A stretch of 64,000 bases of DNA from Pseudomonadota bacterium (GTDB taxonomy: Bacteria > Myxococcota_A > UBA9042): the NCBI GenBank assembly GCA_041163625.1, contig JBEARB010000067.1, positions 426-64,425 on the forward strand, read 5' to 3'. The notes beneath the pieces are model-generated. The model was not told the DNA's origin and searched no databases. It was given only the letters and a program-made list of their open reading frames with translations. Of the stretch, positions 29,559 to 42,300 are shown piece after piece. Numbering within the stretch: the first letter of the stretch is position 1; each line of letters starts with the position of its first letter. The translations under genes were made by a program, and so were the position numbers.

Positions 29559-30713
29559 GTGGCCGACGTCTACGCGCCGCGTGGTGGCCGAGACCTGCCG
29601 CCGGCCCGCGCCCATGCCGGCGCGCTACAGCGCCTCTGGACCGGCTTCACGGTCGAGCGAGGGGCGCGAAAACCCGGCTACCTCGCGGCGGCCCCAGCTC
29701 GCGCCGCCTACGTGCTCTACTATACCGTCACGACCGCCGGCAGCGTCGTTGCGGCGCTGGAGTTGGCGCGCGCGAGCGGATGGCAGCCGCGTGCGCAGGA
29801 CGCCGAGGCGCCGCTGCGTGTGCTGGACCTCGGGGCCGGGAGCCTGGGCGCGAGCATGGGTGTCGCCGCTGCGCTGGGGCCGCGTCCGCTCGAGGTGACG
29901 GCGCTCGACGGCACCGCCGCGGTCCTCGCCGACGGGGCCGCGATCTTCGAGCATTTCGCGCCGGGCGTGCGGGTCCGCACCGGGCGTGTCGACTTGCGCG
30001 ACGCGCTCGCGCTCTCCCGTGCCAAGGTCGGCCGCTTCGACTTGGTACTCTGCGCCAACGTTTTGAACGAACTGCCCGAGGCCCGCCCCGGCCAAGCCAG
30101 CGCAGCCGAACGGTTGGTCGAGCGCGTGCTGCGCGACCACCTCGCACCGGGCGGCGCGTTGCTCTTGCTCGAGCCGGCCACACGCATGGGTTCGCTCGGG
30201 GTCATCGCGCTCCGCGAGGCGCTGCTGGCCGAGGGAAACGCCAGAGTCGTGGCGCCGTGCACGCACGAGGCGGCGTGCCCGCTCGCCGAGCAGCGACGCG
30301 ATTGGTGCTTCTTCGACGTTCCGTGGCGTGCCCCGAACGTCGTGCGCGCGTGCGACGACATCCTCGGCCACGGCCGGAGCTCGTTGAAGGCGAGTTGGTT
30401 GATGCTGGGCGCGGCCGCAGACACCACCACCGACACCACTTCGGCTGCGGGCAGTGGCCTGCCGGCCCGCGTGGTCGGGGGCGAGATGCGTGCCGGTCCG
30501 CTGGTGCGACGCTACCTCTGCACCAGCGAAGGCCGTCTCTGCGCCCGCGCCGAGGCGCTCTCCACGCCAACCTGGATGCGTGCGCCGGGACGCGGCTTTC
30601 GTATCGAAGTGGCCGGCGACGCGCGTCGCGAGACGGGGCGCAACGGTGAGGTCGAGGTGGTGGTGGCCGCGCCTCGCACGCCGTCGGCGCCCGAGCCACG
30701 GAGGCGACGGTGA
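29559..30713 (+). CDS. Rsm22-like class I SAM-dependent methyltransferase with a C-terminal Cys cluster.
   Basis: The SAM-binding motif is LRVLDLGAGSLGAS. The sequence FDLVLCANVLNELPE and a Cys cluster (CTHEAACPL...DWCFFD) are typical of PF09243-type proteins. The start is uncertain: GTG 29559 is the first start codon after the upstream gene, and GTG 29328 would require a 133-bp overlap. Confidence 0.6.
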   Translation: MADVYAPRGGRDLPPARAHAGALQRLWTGFTVERGARKPGYLAAAPARAAYVLYYTVTTAGSVVAALELARASGWQPRAQDAEAPLRVLDLGAGSLGASMGVAAALGPRPLEVTALDGTAAVLADGAAIFEHFAPGVRVRTGRVDLRDALALSRAKVGRFDLVLCANVLNELPEARPGQASAAERLVERVLRDHLAPGGALLLLEPATRMGSLGVIALREALLAEGNARVVAPCTHEAACPLAEQRRDWCFFDVPWRAPNVVRACDDILGHGRSSLKASWLMLGAAADTTTDTTSAAGSGLPARVVGGEMRAGPLVRRYLCTSEGRLCARAEALSTPTWMRAPGRGFRIEVAGDARRETGRNGEVEVVVAAPRTPSAPEPRRRR

Positions 30714-31321
30714 CGAGGCGACGCTATCAGCCCGAGGATTTCGCATGGGATCTCGGTACGCCGCTCGCGGGCGATCGCGCGGTGGCCGCGTCGAGTGACG
30801 CGCTCGCCGGGAAGGTCGTCGCGGTCGTCGTCTGCGGCGGGATCGCCGCCTACCGCACGCCGGATCTCTGCCGCGAGCTGCGCCGCCACGGCGCCGAGGT
30901 CCGGGTCTACTGCACGCCCGCCGCGCTGCAGTTCGTCACCGAGACGGCGATCGAATGGACCGCGCTGCGCCCCCCGATCGTGCGCCTCGGTGGCGACGCC
31001 GCCCACGTGGAGCAGGGCGACGCCGACCTCTGGCTGATCGCGCCGGCGACCTACGGCACGATCAACAAGCTCGCGGTCGGCATCGCCGACAACGCCGCCA
31101 CCACCGCGCTCGCCGCCGCCCTCGGGCGCCTCGAGCGTGGGGATTGCCAGATCCTGCTCGCGCCGACGATGCACGGCGATATGGTCCACGCCATCCTGCG
31201 CGAGAACCTGGCGCGCCTGGCCAACCTCGGCGTGCAGGTGCTGCCGCCGCGCCCGCGCGACGGCAAGGCGCTGTTGCCCGAGACGGCCGATTTGGTCGCC
31301 GCCGTCCTCGCCGCGCTCTAG
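30710..31321 (+). CDS. Flavoprotein of the CoaC/EpiD/UbiX family, a putative phosphopantothenoylcysteine-decarboxylase-like enzyme.
   Basis: The sequence VVAVVVCGGIAAYRTPDLCRELRRHGAEVRVYCTPAA and the ILLAPTMHGDMV (PxMN-like) motif support the family assignment. It has a GTGA overlap with the upstream gene. Confidence 0.75.
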   Translation: MTRRRYQPEDFAWDLGTPLAGDRAVAASSDALAGKVVAVVVCGGIAAYRTPDLCRELRRHGAEVRVYCTPAALQFVTETAIEWTALRPPIVRLGGDAAHVEQGDADLWLIAPATYGTINKLAVGIADNAATTALAAALGRLERGDCQILLAPTMHGDMVHAILRENLARLANLGVQVLPPRPRDGKALLPETADLVAAVLAAL

Positions 31322-32442
31322 CGCGCTCGCTCGCCGCCGCGCTGCACCCCGCGCCGACGCTCGAGCCACGCCCGCAGCCGGGGGTGGTGCTGCTCGAACA
31401 GGGCGTATGCCGCCACGCCGGCGGCGAGGCAGATCCCGAGCCGCACGACGAACCATCCGACGCTCTCGGTCGTGACGGCGGCACGCTCCGGCAGCAGCCC
31501 CGCCAGGCTCCGGTTCACCGGATAGTGGAAGAGGTACAGGCTGAACGAGACGGCGGCGAGCCGGGCCGCTGGTCGGCGCAATCGCCCGAGCCACCGCTCC
31601 GCCTCGGCGCCGGCCAACCAAGGCAACGCCGCCGCGCAGCCCGCACCAACCAGGCATTCCGCGACCTCGAGCGGGATCGGAGCCGTGAACGCGTAGGTCT
31701 TCGAGGGCTGCGCGAGCTCGTAGGCGAGCGTGCCGAGCACGCCGAGCGCGCCGCCGCCGACCAGGCCGAGCCGCGCCCGACGCTCGAAGCGGGGCAACGC
31801 CGCCGCCGCGCCCAGGAGCCAGATCAGCGCGTAGTGGGGCGCGAGCACCGAGAAGACGGCCACGGTCGCCGCCAACCCGAGCCACGCGCCGCCCGAGCGC
31901 GCCCGACGGGCCCAGACGGTCGCGAGCGCTCCGGCGCCGACGTAGAACCAGATCTCGTAGGCGAGCGACCACAGCGGCCCGTTCCACGGCGACGTCGGGA
32001 CCAGCACGCCGTTGAGGCCGACGAGGTGCGCCGACAGCGCGACGAGCGAGGGCGGCTCGGCGCCGCCCGCCAACGCGAGGCCGCCCGTGAACAGACAGGC
32101 CGGCAGCAGGGGCAGGCCGATGCGCGAGAGCCGCGCCAAGGCATACGCTTCGGGATCGAATTGTCGCGACGCGAGGCGGCACAGCAGCCCGCCGCCGACC
32201 AAAAAGCCGCTCAGGGCGAAGAAGACCAGTACGGCTTCGCGCCCGAGGCGGCTCACCGCGAACAGCGCCAGGGTGGTGGGCCCACGATCGGTGTCGGGTA
32301 GGGCGCCGAAGTCGACGAAAGCGGCCGTGCGGGTGTGCAACAGCACGACGGCGAGCGCGGCGAGGCCGCGGAGGAGGTCGAGCCCGACGGCGTGAGGACG
32401 CGCAGGCGGGTTGGACGACGAGGGCTCGTCGGACGCGCGCAT
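31318..32442 (-). CDS. Acyltransferase family 3 (OafA-like) integral membrane O-acyltransferase.
   Basis: The sequence GLDLLRGLAALAVVLLH...FFALSGFL plus about 10 TM segments supports the call. Its stop shares CTAG with the flavoprotein stop. Confidence 0.7.
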   Translation of the reverse strand: MRASDEPSSSNPPARPHAVGLDLLRGLAALAVVLLHTRTAAFVDFGALPDTDRGPTTLALFAVSRLGREAVLVFFALSGFLVGGGLLCRLASRQFDPEAYALARLSRIGLPLLPACLFTGGLALAGGAEPPSLVALSAHLVGLNGVLVPTSPWNGPLWSLAYEIWFYVGAGALATVWARRARSGGAWLGLAATVAVFSVLAPHYALIWLLGAAAALPRFERRARLGLVGGGALGVLGTLAYELAQPSKTYAFTAPIPLEVAECLVGAGCAAALPWLAGAEAERWLGRLRRPAARLAAVSFSLYLFHYPVNRSLAGLLPERAAVTTESVGWFVVRLGICLAAGVAAYALFEQHHPRLRAWLERRRGVQRGGERAR

Positions 32443-32455
32443 CCCGGCGCGCCGC

Positions 32456-34863
<2,408 letters not shown>

Positions 34864-34864
<1 letters not shown>

Positions 34865-35181
34865 CAGTGCGCCTCCACCGTCAGCTTCAAGGGTGCGCCG
34901 TTGGCGCGCGCGAAGTCGGTCACCTGCGCGGCCTTGGACTCGGCGATATCGCGAGCGTACGTGCCCGCGACGCCTTTGCCCTTGTGATGCACGGTCAACA
35001 TGATCTGGCGCGCATCGGTGTCGTTGTGGTGGAAAAAGACTCGCAAGATTTCCACCACCAATTCCTGGGTCGTGTAGTCGTCGTTGTGCAGGACCACGTC
35101 GTACAGGCGCGGTCGCTTGACCTTGCGCCTTGTGATGGTCAGCACTCCGTCTTCGTGCTCTTCGTCGGGCATTCGGGGCAT
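34864..35181 (-). CDS. clpS: ATP-dependent Clp protease adaptor ClpS.
   Basis: The sequence RPRLYDVVLHNDDYTTQELVVEILRVFF is typical of ClpS. A GGAG RBS lies 8 nt upstream. Its stop shares one nucleotide with the clpA ATG. Confidence 0.9.
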
Positions 35182-35278
35182 TGTGCGGACTCCGAGAGAC
35201 GGTTCGTGGCGTACCGCCCGCGAACGGCATGGTAGGGTGCATCGGGAGGCTGGCAAGGGTTGGGGCCGCAACTCCGCG

Positions 35279-37843
35279 CTACCGCCCGCGCCCCGGCGGT
35301 CGGGCGTCGGCGGCGGTGGGTCGCTCCGGCCAGGCATGTTTCGGATAGCGTCCGCGCAGCTCTCGCCGCACCTCCGGCCAGCTCGAGGTCCAGAAGCCGC
35401 CGATATCGGCCGTGACCTGCGCGGGCCGATTGTTCGGGGCGAGCAGCTCGACCACGACCGGCACGCGACCGCCCGCGACCCGTGGGGTCTCGACCATGCC
35501 GAAGGCGTCCTGTAGGCGCAGCGAGAGCCGTGGAGGCTCGCCGGGCGTGTAGCGCACGCGGCCGCTGCGGCCCGACGGCAGGGGCAGGCGCTCGGGCGCT
35601 TGCGCGTCGAGCGCTTGGCGCTGCGGCCACTCGAGCAGGGAGAGCGCGACGCTCGCGACCGGGGCGCGGCGCAGCTCGTCGAAGCTGCGGCGGCCGACGC
35701 AGAGCGCGCCGAGCAGGTCGAAGCGATCGCCGACGGCCTCGGCACCGATCGGGTCCCAGCGCGGCAGCTCGAGCTCCGGCCGCACCGCGGCGAGCCAGCG
35801 GATCCGGCCGAGCAGCGCGAGCGCGTCGTCGTCGAGCGAGAGCGCGCGGTCGGGCTCCCGAGCCGCTTGTTCGCGCAAGAGCATCGCCGCAGCCAGCGGA
35901 TCGGCGGCGTCGCCGGCGGGACGCTCGCCGACCTCGACCGCGCCGTAGCGGCGGACGCGCCGCTGGATCACCGCGAGGCGCTGCGGATCCCAACGCGTCT
36001 CGAGCGTCTCGCGGGCGGGCAACCACGCGGGCTCGAGCGGAACAGCGACCGGCACCTCGAGATCGTTGCGGCCGCCGCGTCGCGCCGGCTCGATCACCAC
36101 GGCCACCAGCAAGTCGCCGCCCTTGGCGACCGATCGTTCGGAGAGGGTGGCGCCGCGGCCGCTCGCGAGCAGCAGGCGTGGACTGCCCGGTTCGCGTCGC
36201 CGCGCGACGCGGTCGGGAAAGCCGGCCAGCAGCCACGCTGCGGGGGCTCGCTGGCCCGGGGTCGGTGGCGGCAGCGCCGCGAGCTCGGCCGAACCCGCCA
36301 GCCCCTCGGCCTGCCGACAGAGCGCGTCGCGGGTATCGAGCAGGCGGCGCAGCGCGGCCGGCTCCACGCCCCAACGCCACGCGGCGCCGGGGCCGCCGCG
36401 GCCGATCGCTTCGAGCGCGGCGAGCCGGACCTCGATATCGTCGTCCCCGCCGAGGCGTGCTCCGGTCTCGCCGCCGAAGGGGTCGCGCTCGCTCGCCAGC
36501 GCGCAGATCGTCGCGGCGACGTCGGCTTGGCCGTGGCGCAGCCCCTCGACCAGCACCCGTCCCAGCCGTGGCGCGAGCGGGAGTGCGGCGCAGGCGCGGC
36601 CGATGCCGGTCAGGCCGCCCTCGTCGAGCAGCCCGATCTCGCGGAGCAGGGCGTCGGCCGCCGTGCGGGTCGCTTCGGGCGGCGCCTCGAACCAGCCGAA
36701 GCGCTCCGGATCGGCACCCCAGGCGCGCACCTGCAAGCAGACGCCCGAGAGCTCGGCTCGCGCGATCTCGGGCGCCTCGAAGGGGGCCATCGCCTCGTGC
36801 TCGGCCAGGCTCCACAGCCGGCGGCACAGACCCGGGCCGAGGCGACCGGCGCGACCGGCCCGCTGCTCGGCGCTGGCCCGCGAGATCCGGCCCCGCACCA
36901 GGCGGTCGATGCCGAGGACCTCGTCGTGCTGCGGTTGACGCTGCAGGCCGCTGTCGACCACAGCAGCAACGCCCTCGATGGTCAGCGAGGTCTCGGCGAT
37001 ATTGGTCGACAGGACCACCTTGCGCCGCGGGCTCGGCGCCAGCGCCTGGTCCTGCGTGGCGGTCGGCAGGGCGCCGTGCAGCGGACGGACGTCGAGCCCG
37101 GGCGCCACCTCGGCCAGCCGCCGCGCCGCCGCCTGGATCTCCGACATCCCGGGCAGGAAGCACAGGATATGCCCCGGTACTACCGCGCCCGAGGGCGGCT
37201 CGGCCTGCAGGCGCGCGTCGAGCGCGACCACTGCCTCGGCGACCCGCTCGTCGAGCGGGCGGGCATCCGGCGCGCGGTCGTGCACGATCTCGACCGGGTG
37301 CCGACGCTCCTGTGCGCGGACGATCGGCGCGTCACCGAGGAAGGCCGCCAACGGCTCGGCGTCGAGCGTCGCCGACATCACGCACAGGCGTAGATCCGGC
37401 CGCACCTCGCGGCGCACCTCGGCGAGGAGCGCCAGCGCCATGTCGACGTCGAGGCTGCGCTCGTGCACCTCGTCCAGGACCACCGCGTCGACGCCCTCGA
37501 GCAAGGGATCGCGCTGCAGTCGACGCAGCAGCAGCCCCTCGGTCATCACCTCGAGCCGGGTGCGCGGCGAGACGCGACGCTCGAAGCGCACGCTGTAGCC
37601 GACCACGCCGCCGAGCGCTTCGCCCCGTTCGGCGGCCATCCGCGCCGCCGTCGCCCGCGCGGCCAAGCGCCGTGGCTGCAGCACCCAGACCTTGCCCTGC
37701 ACCCGGTCGAGCAGGCGCGGCGGCACCCGCGTCGTCTTGCCGGCACCGGGCGGCGCGACCACCACCACGGCGCCGTGGCGTTCCAAGGCGTCGTCGATGG
37801 CGGGGAGGACGGCGTCGATCGCGAGCGGGCTCGGCTTGTGCAT
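35279..37843 (-). CDS. hrpB: ATP-dependent RNA helicase HrpB (DEAH-box).
   Basis: A Walker A motif (APPGAGKTT) and a DEVHE box are present, followed by HA2/OB domains and a C-terminal HrpB domain. Confidence 0.9.
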   Translation of the reverse strand: MHKPSPLAIDAVLPAIDDALERHGAVVVVAPPGAGKTTRVPPRLLDRVQGKVWVLQPRRLAARATAARMAAERGEALGGVVGYSVRFERRVSPRTRLEVMTEGLLLRRLQRDPLLEGVDAVVLDEVHERSLDVDMALALLAEVRREVRPDLRLCVMSATLDAEPLAAFLGDAPIVRAQERRHPVEIVHDRAPDARPLDERVAEAVVALDARLQAEPPSGAVVPGHILCFLPGMSEIQAAARRLAEVAPGLDVRPLHGALPTATQDQALAPSPRRKVVLSTNIAETSLTIEGVAAVVDSGLQRQPQHDEVLGIDRLVRGRISRASAEQRAGRAGRLGPGLCRRLWSLAEHEAMAPFEAPEIARAELSGVCLQVRAWGADPERFGWFEAPPEATRTAADALLREIGLLDEGGLTGIGRACAALPLAPRLGRVLVEGLRHGQADVAATICALASERDPFGGETGARLGGDDDIEVRLAALEAIGRGGPGAAWRWGVEPAALRRLLDTRDALCRQAEGLAGSAELAALPPPTPGQRAPAAWLLAGFPDRVARRREPGSPRLLLASGRGATLSERSVAKGGDLLVAVVIEPARRGGRNDLEVPVAVPLEPAWLPARETLETRWDPQRLAVIQRRVRRYGAVEVGERPAGDAADPLAAAMLLREQAAREPDRALSLDDDALALLGRIRWLAAVRPELELPRWDPIGAEAVGDRFDLLGALCVGRRSFDELRRAPVASVALSLLEWPQRQALDAQAPERLPLPSGRSGRVRYTPGEPPRLSLRLQDAFGMVETPRVAGGRVPVVVELLAPNNRPAQVTADIGGFWTSSWPEVRRELRGRYPKHAWPERPTAADARPPGRGR

Positions 37844-37889
37844 CGCGCGAGCTTGCCACGGCCCCGCCGGCGCGCGCTATGCTCCGGCC

Positions 37890-39383
37890 ATGCCCACGCT
37901 CTCGCCCTCTCGCTCCGCTCGTCCCCGCATCGGCCCTGCGGCCACGCGACGGTGGCTGTGTCGGCTCGTCTGCTGCGCGGCGCTCGCACCCGCCCCCGCG
38001 CTCGCCAAGACGCCCGCGACCGCCAACACGCCGACAGCCGCCAACACGCCCACGGTGCGGCCCGCGAAGGGCGCGGTCGATGCGGCGAGCCGCATCGTCG
38101 TCGGTCTCGCGACCGAGATCGCCGCCAGCGTCGCGTCGCTGCGCGGCCTGCGCTTCCGTTGGCCCGTCGAGGTCGGTGTCCACGACGACGCCAGCCTGCG
38201 CGCCTTCGCCGGTGCCGAGCTCGAACGCGACGGCGGGCGTGCGTGGCGGGCGGCGCAGTCCGCGGCGTGGATCCGGCTCGGTCTGCTCCCGCCGGGCACG
38301 GACCTGCTCGCCGAGACGCTGTCGCTGCTGCAGGCGCAGGTCGCCGGCTTCTACGTGCCGGGCAAGCGCGCGCTGCGCATCGCCCGCGGACAGGTACCGG
38401 TCGGCCCGCAATTCCCCAACCCGCTGCATCTGCTGACCGGCACGCCGGAAGAGAAGCTCCGCTTCGTGATGGCGCACGAACTGGTGCACGCGCTCGGCGA
38501 CCAGCGGTGGGACCTGAAGCGACTCACGGCCGAGCGCCACGGCGAGACCGACGTCGAGCTCGCCATCGCGGGCCTGCTCGAAGGCGACGCGACCATCGCC
38601 GGCTTGGCTTGGGCGATGCGCGAGCGGGAGCCCGCGTTCGACCTTGCCGGCCTGTTCGTCGGCGGCGACGCGGTGACGTGGCTGCTGGAGGCGGCGATTC
38701 GCCTGGCCCGCCGTGGCCTGCTCCCCGACGGCGGCGGCCTGGATCGCGCGCCGGCCGCCTTGGCCGAGACGCTGCTCTTCCCCTACGTCGCCGGCAGCCG
38801 CTTGGTGCTGCTCGCCGGCAGCGGCCTTCGACGCGCCGACGGGCGCCGCTTCGCGCCCGGGTTCGCGGGCGTCGATGCGCTCTACGACGATCCGCCGCGC
38901 TCGACCGAGCAGGTCCTGCACCCCGAGCGCCTGTTGCAGCAGCGCGACGATCCCGTGCGCCTGTCGCCCAAGCTGCCGGCTCGGCTGTTGCCGCGTGGCG
39001 CCCGTCTGCTGCATCGCGACGTCCTCGGCGAGCTCCTGCTGCGGACGTTGCTGCGCCGCCGCTTGCCCGAGCCCGTGGCCGACGCGGCCGCCGACGGCTG
39101 GGACGGTGACGTCCTGGTCCACTACGGCCGCCCGGGGGACCCGGCTGAGCAGAGTGTTTTGCTGTGGCTCGTCGTCTTCGACTCGGGCGCGGACGCCGCC
39201 GAAGCCCTGCGCGCGCTGCAGCGGCTCTACGATCCGCCGGGGGACGCGCACTTGCTGCGGCTGCGCGACGCGCTCGTCCTGGTCCGCGGCCCGGACGCGG
39301 CGCAATGCCTGCGTTTGGCCCAGGCCGCCCTGGCAGCACAACGACGCCGCCCGGCGTCGCGCGTCTCAGTTCGGCGTCGGTAG
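37890..39383 (+). CDS. Secreted protein with a HEXXH zinc-metallopeptidase motif.
   Basis: ATG 37890 is followed by a signal peptide (WLCRLVCCAALAPAPALA). The motif is FVMAHELVHAL. It is divergent from hrpB with only a 46-bp spacer (coordinates 37844..37889), and I recognise no family. Confidence 0.6.
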   Translation: MPTLSPSRSARPRIGPAATRRWLCRLVCCAALAPAPALAKTPATANTPTAANTPTVRPAKGAVDAASRIVVGLATEIAASVASLRGLRFRWPVEVGVHDDASLRAFAGAELERDGGRAWRAAQSAAWIRLGLLPPGTDLLAETLSLLQAQVAGFYVPGKRALRIARGQVPVGPQFPNPLHLLTGTPEEKLRFVMAHELVHALGDQRWDLKRLTAERHGETDVELAIAGLLEGDATIAGLAWAMREREPAFDLAGLFVGGDAVTWLLEAAIRLARRGLLPDGGGLDRAPAALAETLLFPYVAGSRLVLLAGSGLRRADGRRFAPGFAGVDALYDDPPRSTEQVLHPERLLQQRDDPVRLSPKLPARLLPRGARLLHRDVLGELLLRTLLRRRLPEPVADAAADGWDGDVLVHYGRPGDPAEQSVLLWLVVFDSGADAAEALRALQRLYDPPGDAHLLRLRDALVLVRGPDAAQCLRLAQAALAAQRRRPASRVSVRRR

Positions 39384-42300
39384 CTTCGCGGTGCGCAGCC
39401 AGAGCTTGCCGGCCCCCTCCCACGCGATGCTGTAGCGGGTCGCGTCCGGCGAGACGATCAGCTCGGAGAGCCCGCCGGAGCTGTCGGCCGCGTCGTCGAC
39501 GAGGTGGCTGACGAACTGGCCGCCGACGTCGCCGAGCGCGACCACGTTGAAGCTGGCGTCGTCGACCGGCTCGATCCGCAGCGCCTTCAGCGTGCCGGCG
39601 CCCGGCACGGCGTAGACCAGCAAGAACTCCGGATCGTTCGGCATCGAGGCGATCCGGAAGGTGTCGAAGCGCAGCTTGGAGCCGGCAACCCCGTCGATGA
39701 CGCTGACCAGCTTCGGGCCGGCAGTCGGCGCTTGGTCCGGGTGCACGCGGGCGAACGCCAAGAAGTGACGCGGCTTGCCGGCATCGACCGCGAGCCCGCC
39801 GAGGACGACGCCCAGGCGCGAGTGGGCCGGGTCGAGCGCCGCCTCGACGGCGACGTAGGTGATGGTGCCGCCGACGCTCGCGCCGGTGAGCACGACGCTT
39901 CGGGTCTTGGCTGCGACGCCCGCCGCGTCCACCCGCAGCGCCGTCAGCGCCGCGACCGTCTTGCTGCCCTGCACGAAGCGCGTCGGCTGCAGCAGCACGG
40001 CCCCGGTCGTCCACGGCACCACGGTCGGTCGCGCGCTGCCGGGCGTCTCGGTGTAGCCGCCGAGCGTGGCGCTCGGCAGCGCGACGCCCTTGCCGCCGCC
40101 CCAGCCGCCGACCGGGTCACCCCCGAAGAGCTGGCTGCCGCCGCTGCTCGCGCGCAGCAGGCTACCCGTGACCTCGGACAACTTCGGCGCGCCGCCGCTG
40201 CTGCCCTTGCCCGCGAGCGCGAACGCCGGTCGCCACGGCAGCAGCGCCGACTTGCCGGTCGGGCAGGCCGCCGCCACCCCGAACTCGAGGCCGTCGCCCT
40301 GGTTGCCGAGCAGACCCAGGCGGAGGCTGCCGCCGGCCGTGCCGAGGCTGCAGGCGCTGCCGTCCGCGCCGCCTTCGATCCAGCCGAGCACCACGGCGTC
40401 GTACGAGTTCGGGTGCGCCTGCAGCACCGGCTGCAACGCGCACCACGCGCCGGCCCCGGTCGGCGAGGGGGTCTTCAACGTCGTCACGACCGGGGCCGCC
40501 AGCTGCGGGGCGAACCGGGCCACACTGAGCTGGGCGGAGACGCCGAGCGCCGCGTCGCAGCCGTTGCGTTGCGCCGCCACCCAGAGTTGGGGCAGGGCGC
40601 CGAAGATGCCCGTCGAGGTCTCCTGCCAGATCAGGCTCGGTCGCAGCGGCTGCGTCGCGCCGCCGAGCGGGACTTCGACCGCCGCGCCGGTCGTGCCGTT
40701 GGTCGAGGTCTGGCAGATGCCCGAAACGCAGGCGTGCAGCGTCGGGCAGGCCGAGACGACGGTGCAGCCGCCCTGTGACGGGATGCAGACCGAGACCTCG
40801 CAGGTACCCGAATCGGCGGGCTGCGCGCAGACCACGGGGCCGCCCGGCACGCAGTTCCCGCTGACGCAGGAATCGCCGGTGGTGCAGGGGTCGCCGTCGT
40901 CGCAGGCGTCGCCGCCGGGCTGATGGCTGCACGCCTTGCCGTCGTTGCAGCTGTCGATGGTGCAGGGGTTGCCGTCGTCGCAGGCCTTGCCCTGATCGCC
41001 GACGCATTTGCCGCCGGCGCAGACATCGCCGCCGGTGCAGAGGTCGCCGTCGTCGCAATCGACGCCATCCTTGTCGAGCGCGAAGCAGCCCGAGGAGGGC
41101 GAGCATTCGTCGGTGGTGCACGGGTTCTCGTCGTCGCATTCGACCGGCGCGCCGAGGCAGACCCCGCCGACGCAGTTCTCGCCCACGGTGCAGGCGTCGC
41201 CGTCCTCGCACGGGCCTTTGGTGACGACGTACGAGCAGGGGTCTTGCCCGATCTTGCCGGGATCACAGGCGTCGAGCGTGCAAGGGTTGTCGTCGTTGCA
41301 GTCGATCGCCGCGCCGAGGCATGCGCCGGTCGCGCTGCAGGTGGTCTTGCCGGTACAGGCGTTGCCGTCGTCGCATGCGCTGCCGAGCAACAACGACCAA
41401 CCGAGCGGGTTCTGCTGCGGCACGCAGCCCTGGCAGACCTTGGCCGGATGTGAGGCGCCGCCGGAGATGCAGGCCCCGCTGATCAGGCAGAAACCCGGCG
41501 CGACCAGGTCGTGCTTGCAGGCGCCGCCGACGCAGAGGTCGAGGGTGCAGGGGACCGCGTCGGGCATGCAGTTCGAGCCGTCCGGCGCCGTGTTGTGCTT
41601 GCACAATCCGGTCGCGGGCGAGCAGGTGTCGAGCGTGCAGTCGTTGCCGTCGTCGCAGACCTTGGGCGAGCCGAGGCAGACGCCGTCGAGGCAGACATCG
41701 CCCTTGGTGCAGGCGCTGCCGTCGTCGCAGACCACGCCCTGCAGCGGCTTGCCGACGCAGCCGACCGCGCTCGCACACGACGCCTTGGTGCACGGGTTGC
41801 CGTCGTCGCACTCGAGCTTGATGCCCTTGCAGATGCCGTCCTTGCAGGCGTCCGCGCCGGTGCAGGCGTCCGCGTCGTCGCAGGGCACCAGGTCGAGCAT
41901 CGGCTTGTTGGCGCAGCCCTTGCCCAGCTCGCAGATATCGATGGTACAGGGGTTGCTGTCGTCGCAATCGGAGTTGAACTCGCACGGACAGACGATCTGG
42001 CCGGCCACGCACAATCCGGCGGTGCAGAAATCGCCTTTGGTGCACGGGTCGCCGTCGTCGCAGGCGTTGTTGGTCGGTGTGTGCGTACAGCCGACCACGT
42101 CGTCGCAGCTGTCGGCGGTGCAGGGGTTGCCGTCCAAGCAATCGGCCGAGCTGACGGGGGTGCCCTTGCAGGCGCCCTTGACGCAGGTATCGCCGACGGT
42201 GCACGCCGAGCCGTCTTCGCAATCGCTGTCGACCGGCGTGAACACGCAGCCCTTCTTGTTGTCGCAGCTGTCGAGCGTGCAGGGCGAGGCGTCCTTGCAG

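Noticed and set aside
30200-30330. The Cys cluster in the Rsm22-like methyltransferase as a heme CXXCH site.
   Set aside because: Its spacing (CTHEAACP...DWCFF) and cytoplasmic context fit a Zn/Fe-S-type cluster that is typical of the family, not c-type heme attachment.
35482-38436. The 984-aa plus-strand ORF across hrpB.
   Set aside because: It is antisense to a clearly identified DEAH helicase. Its composition is poly-Arg/Ala/Pro.
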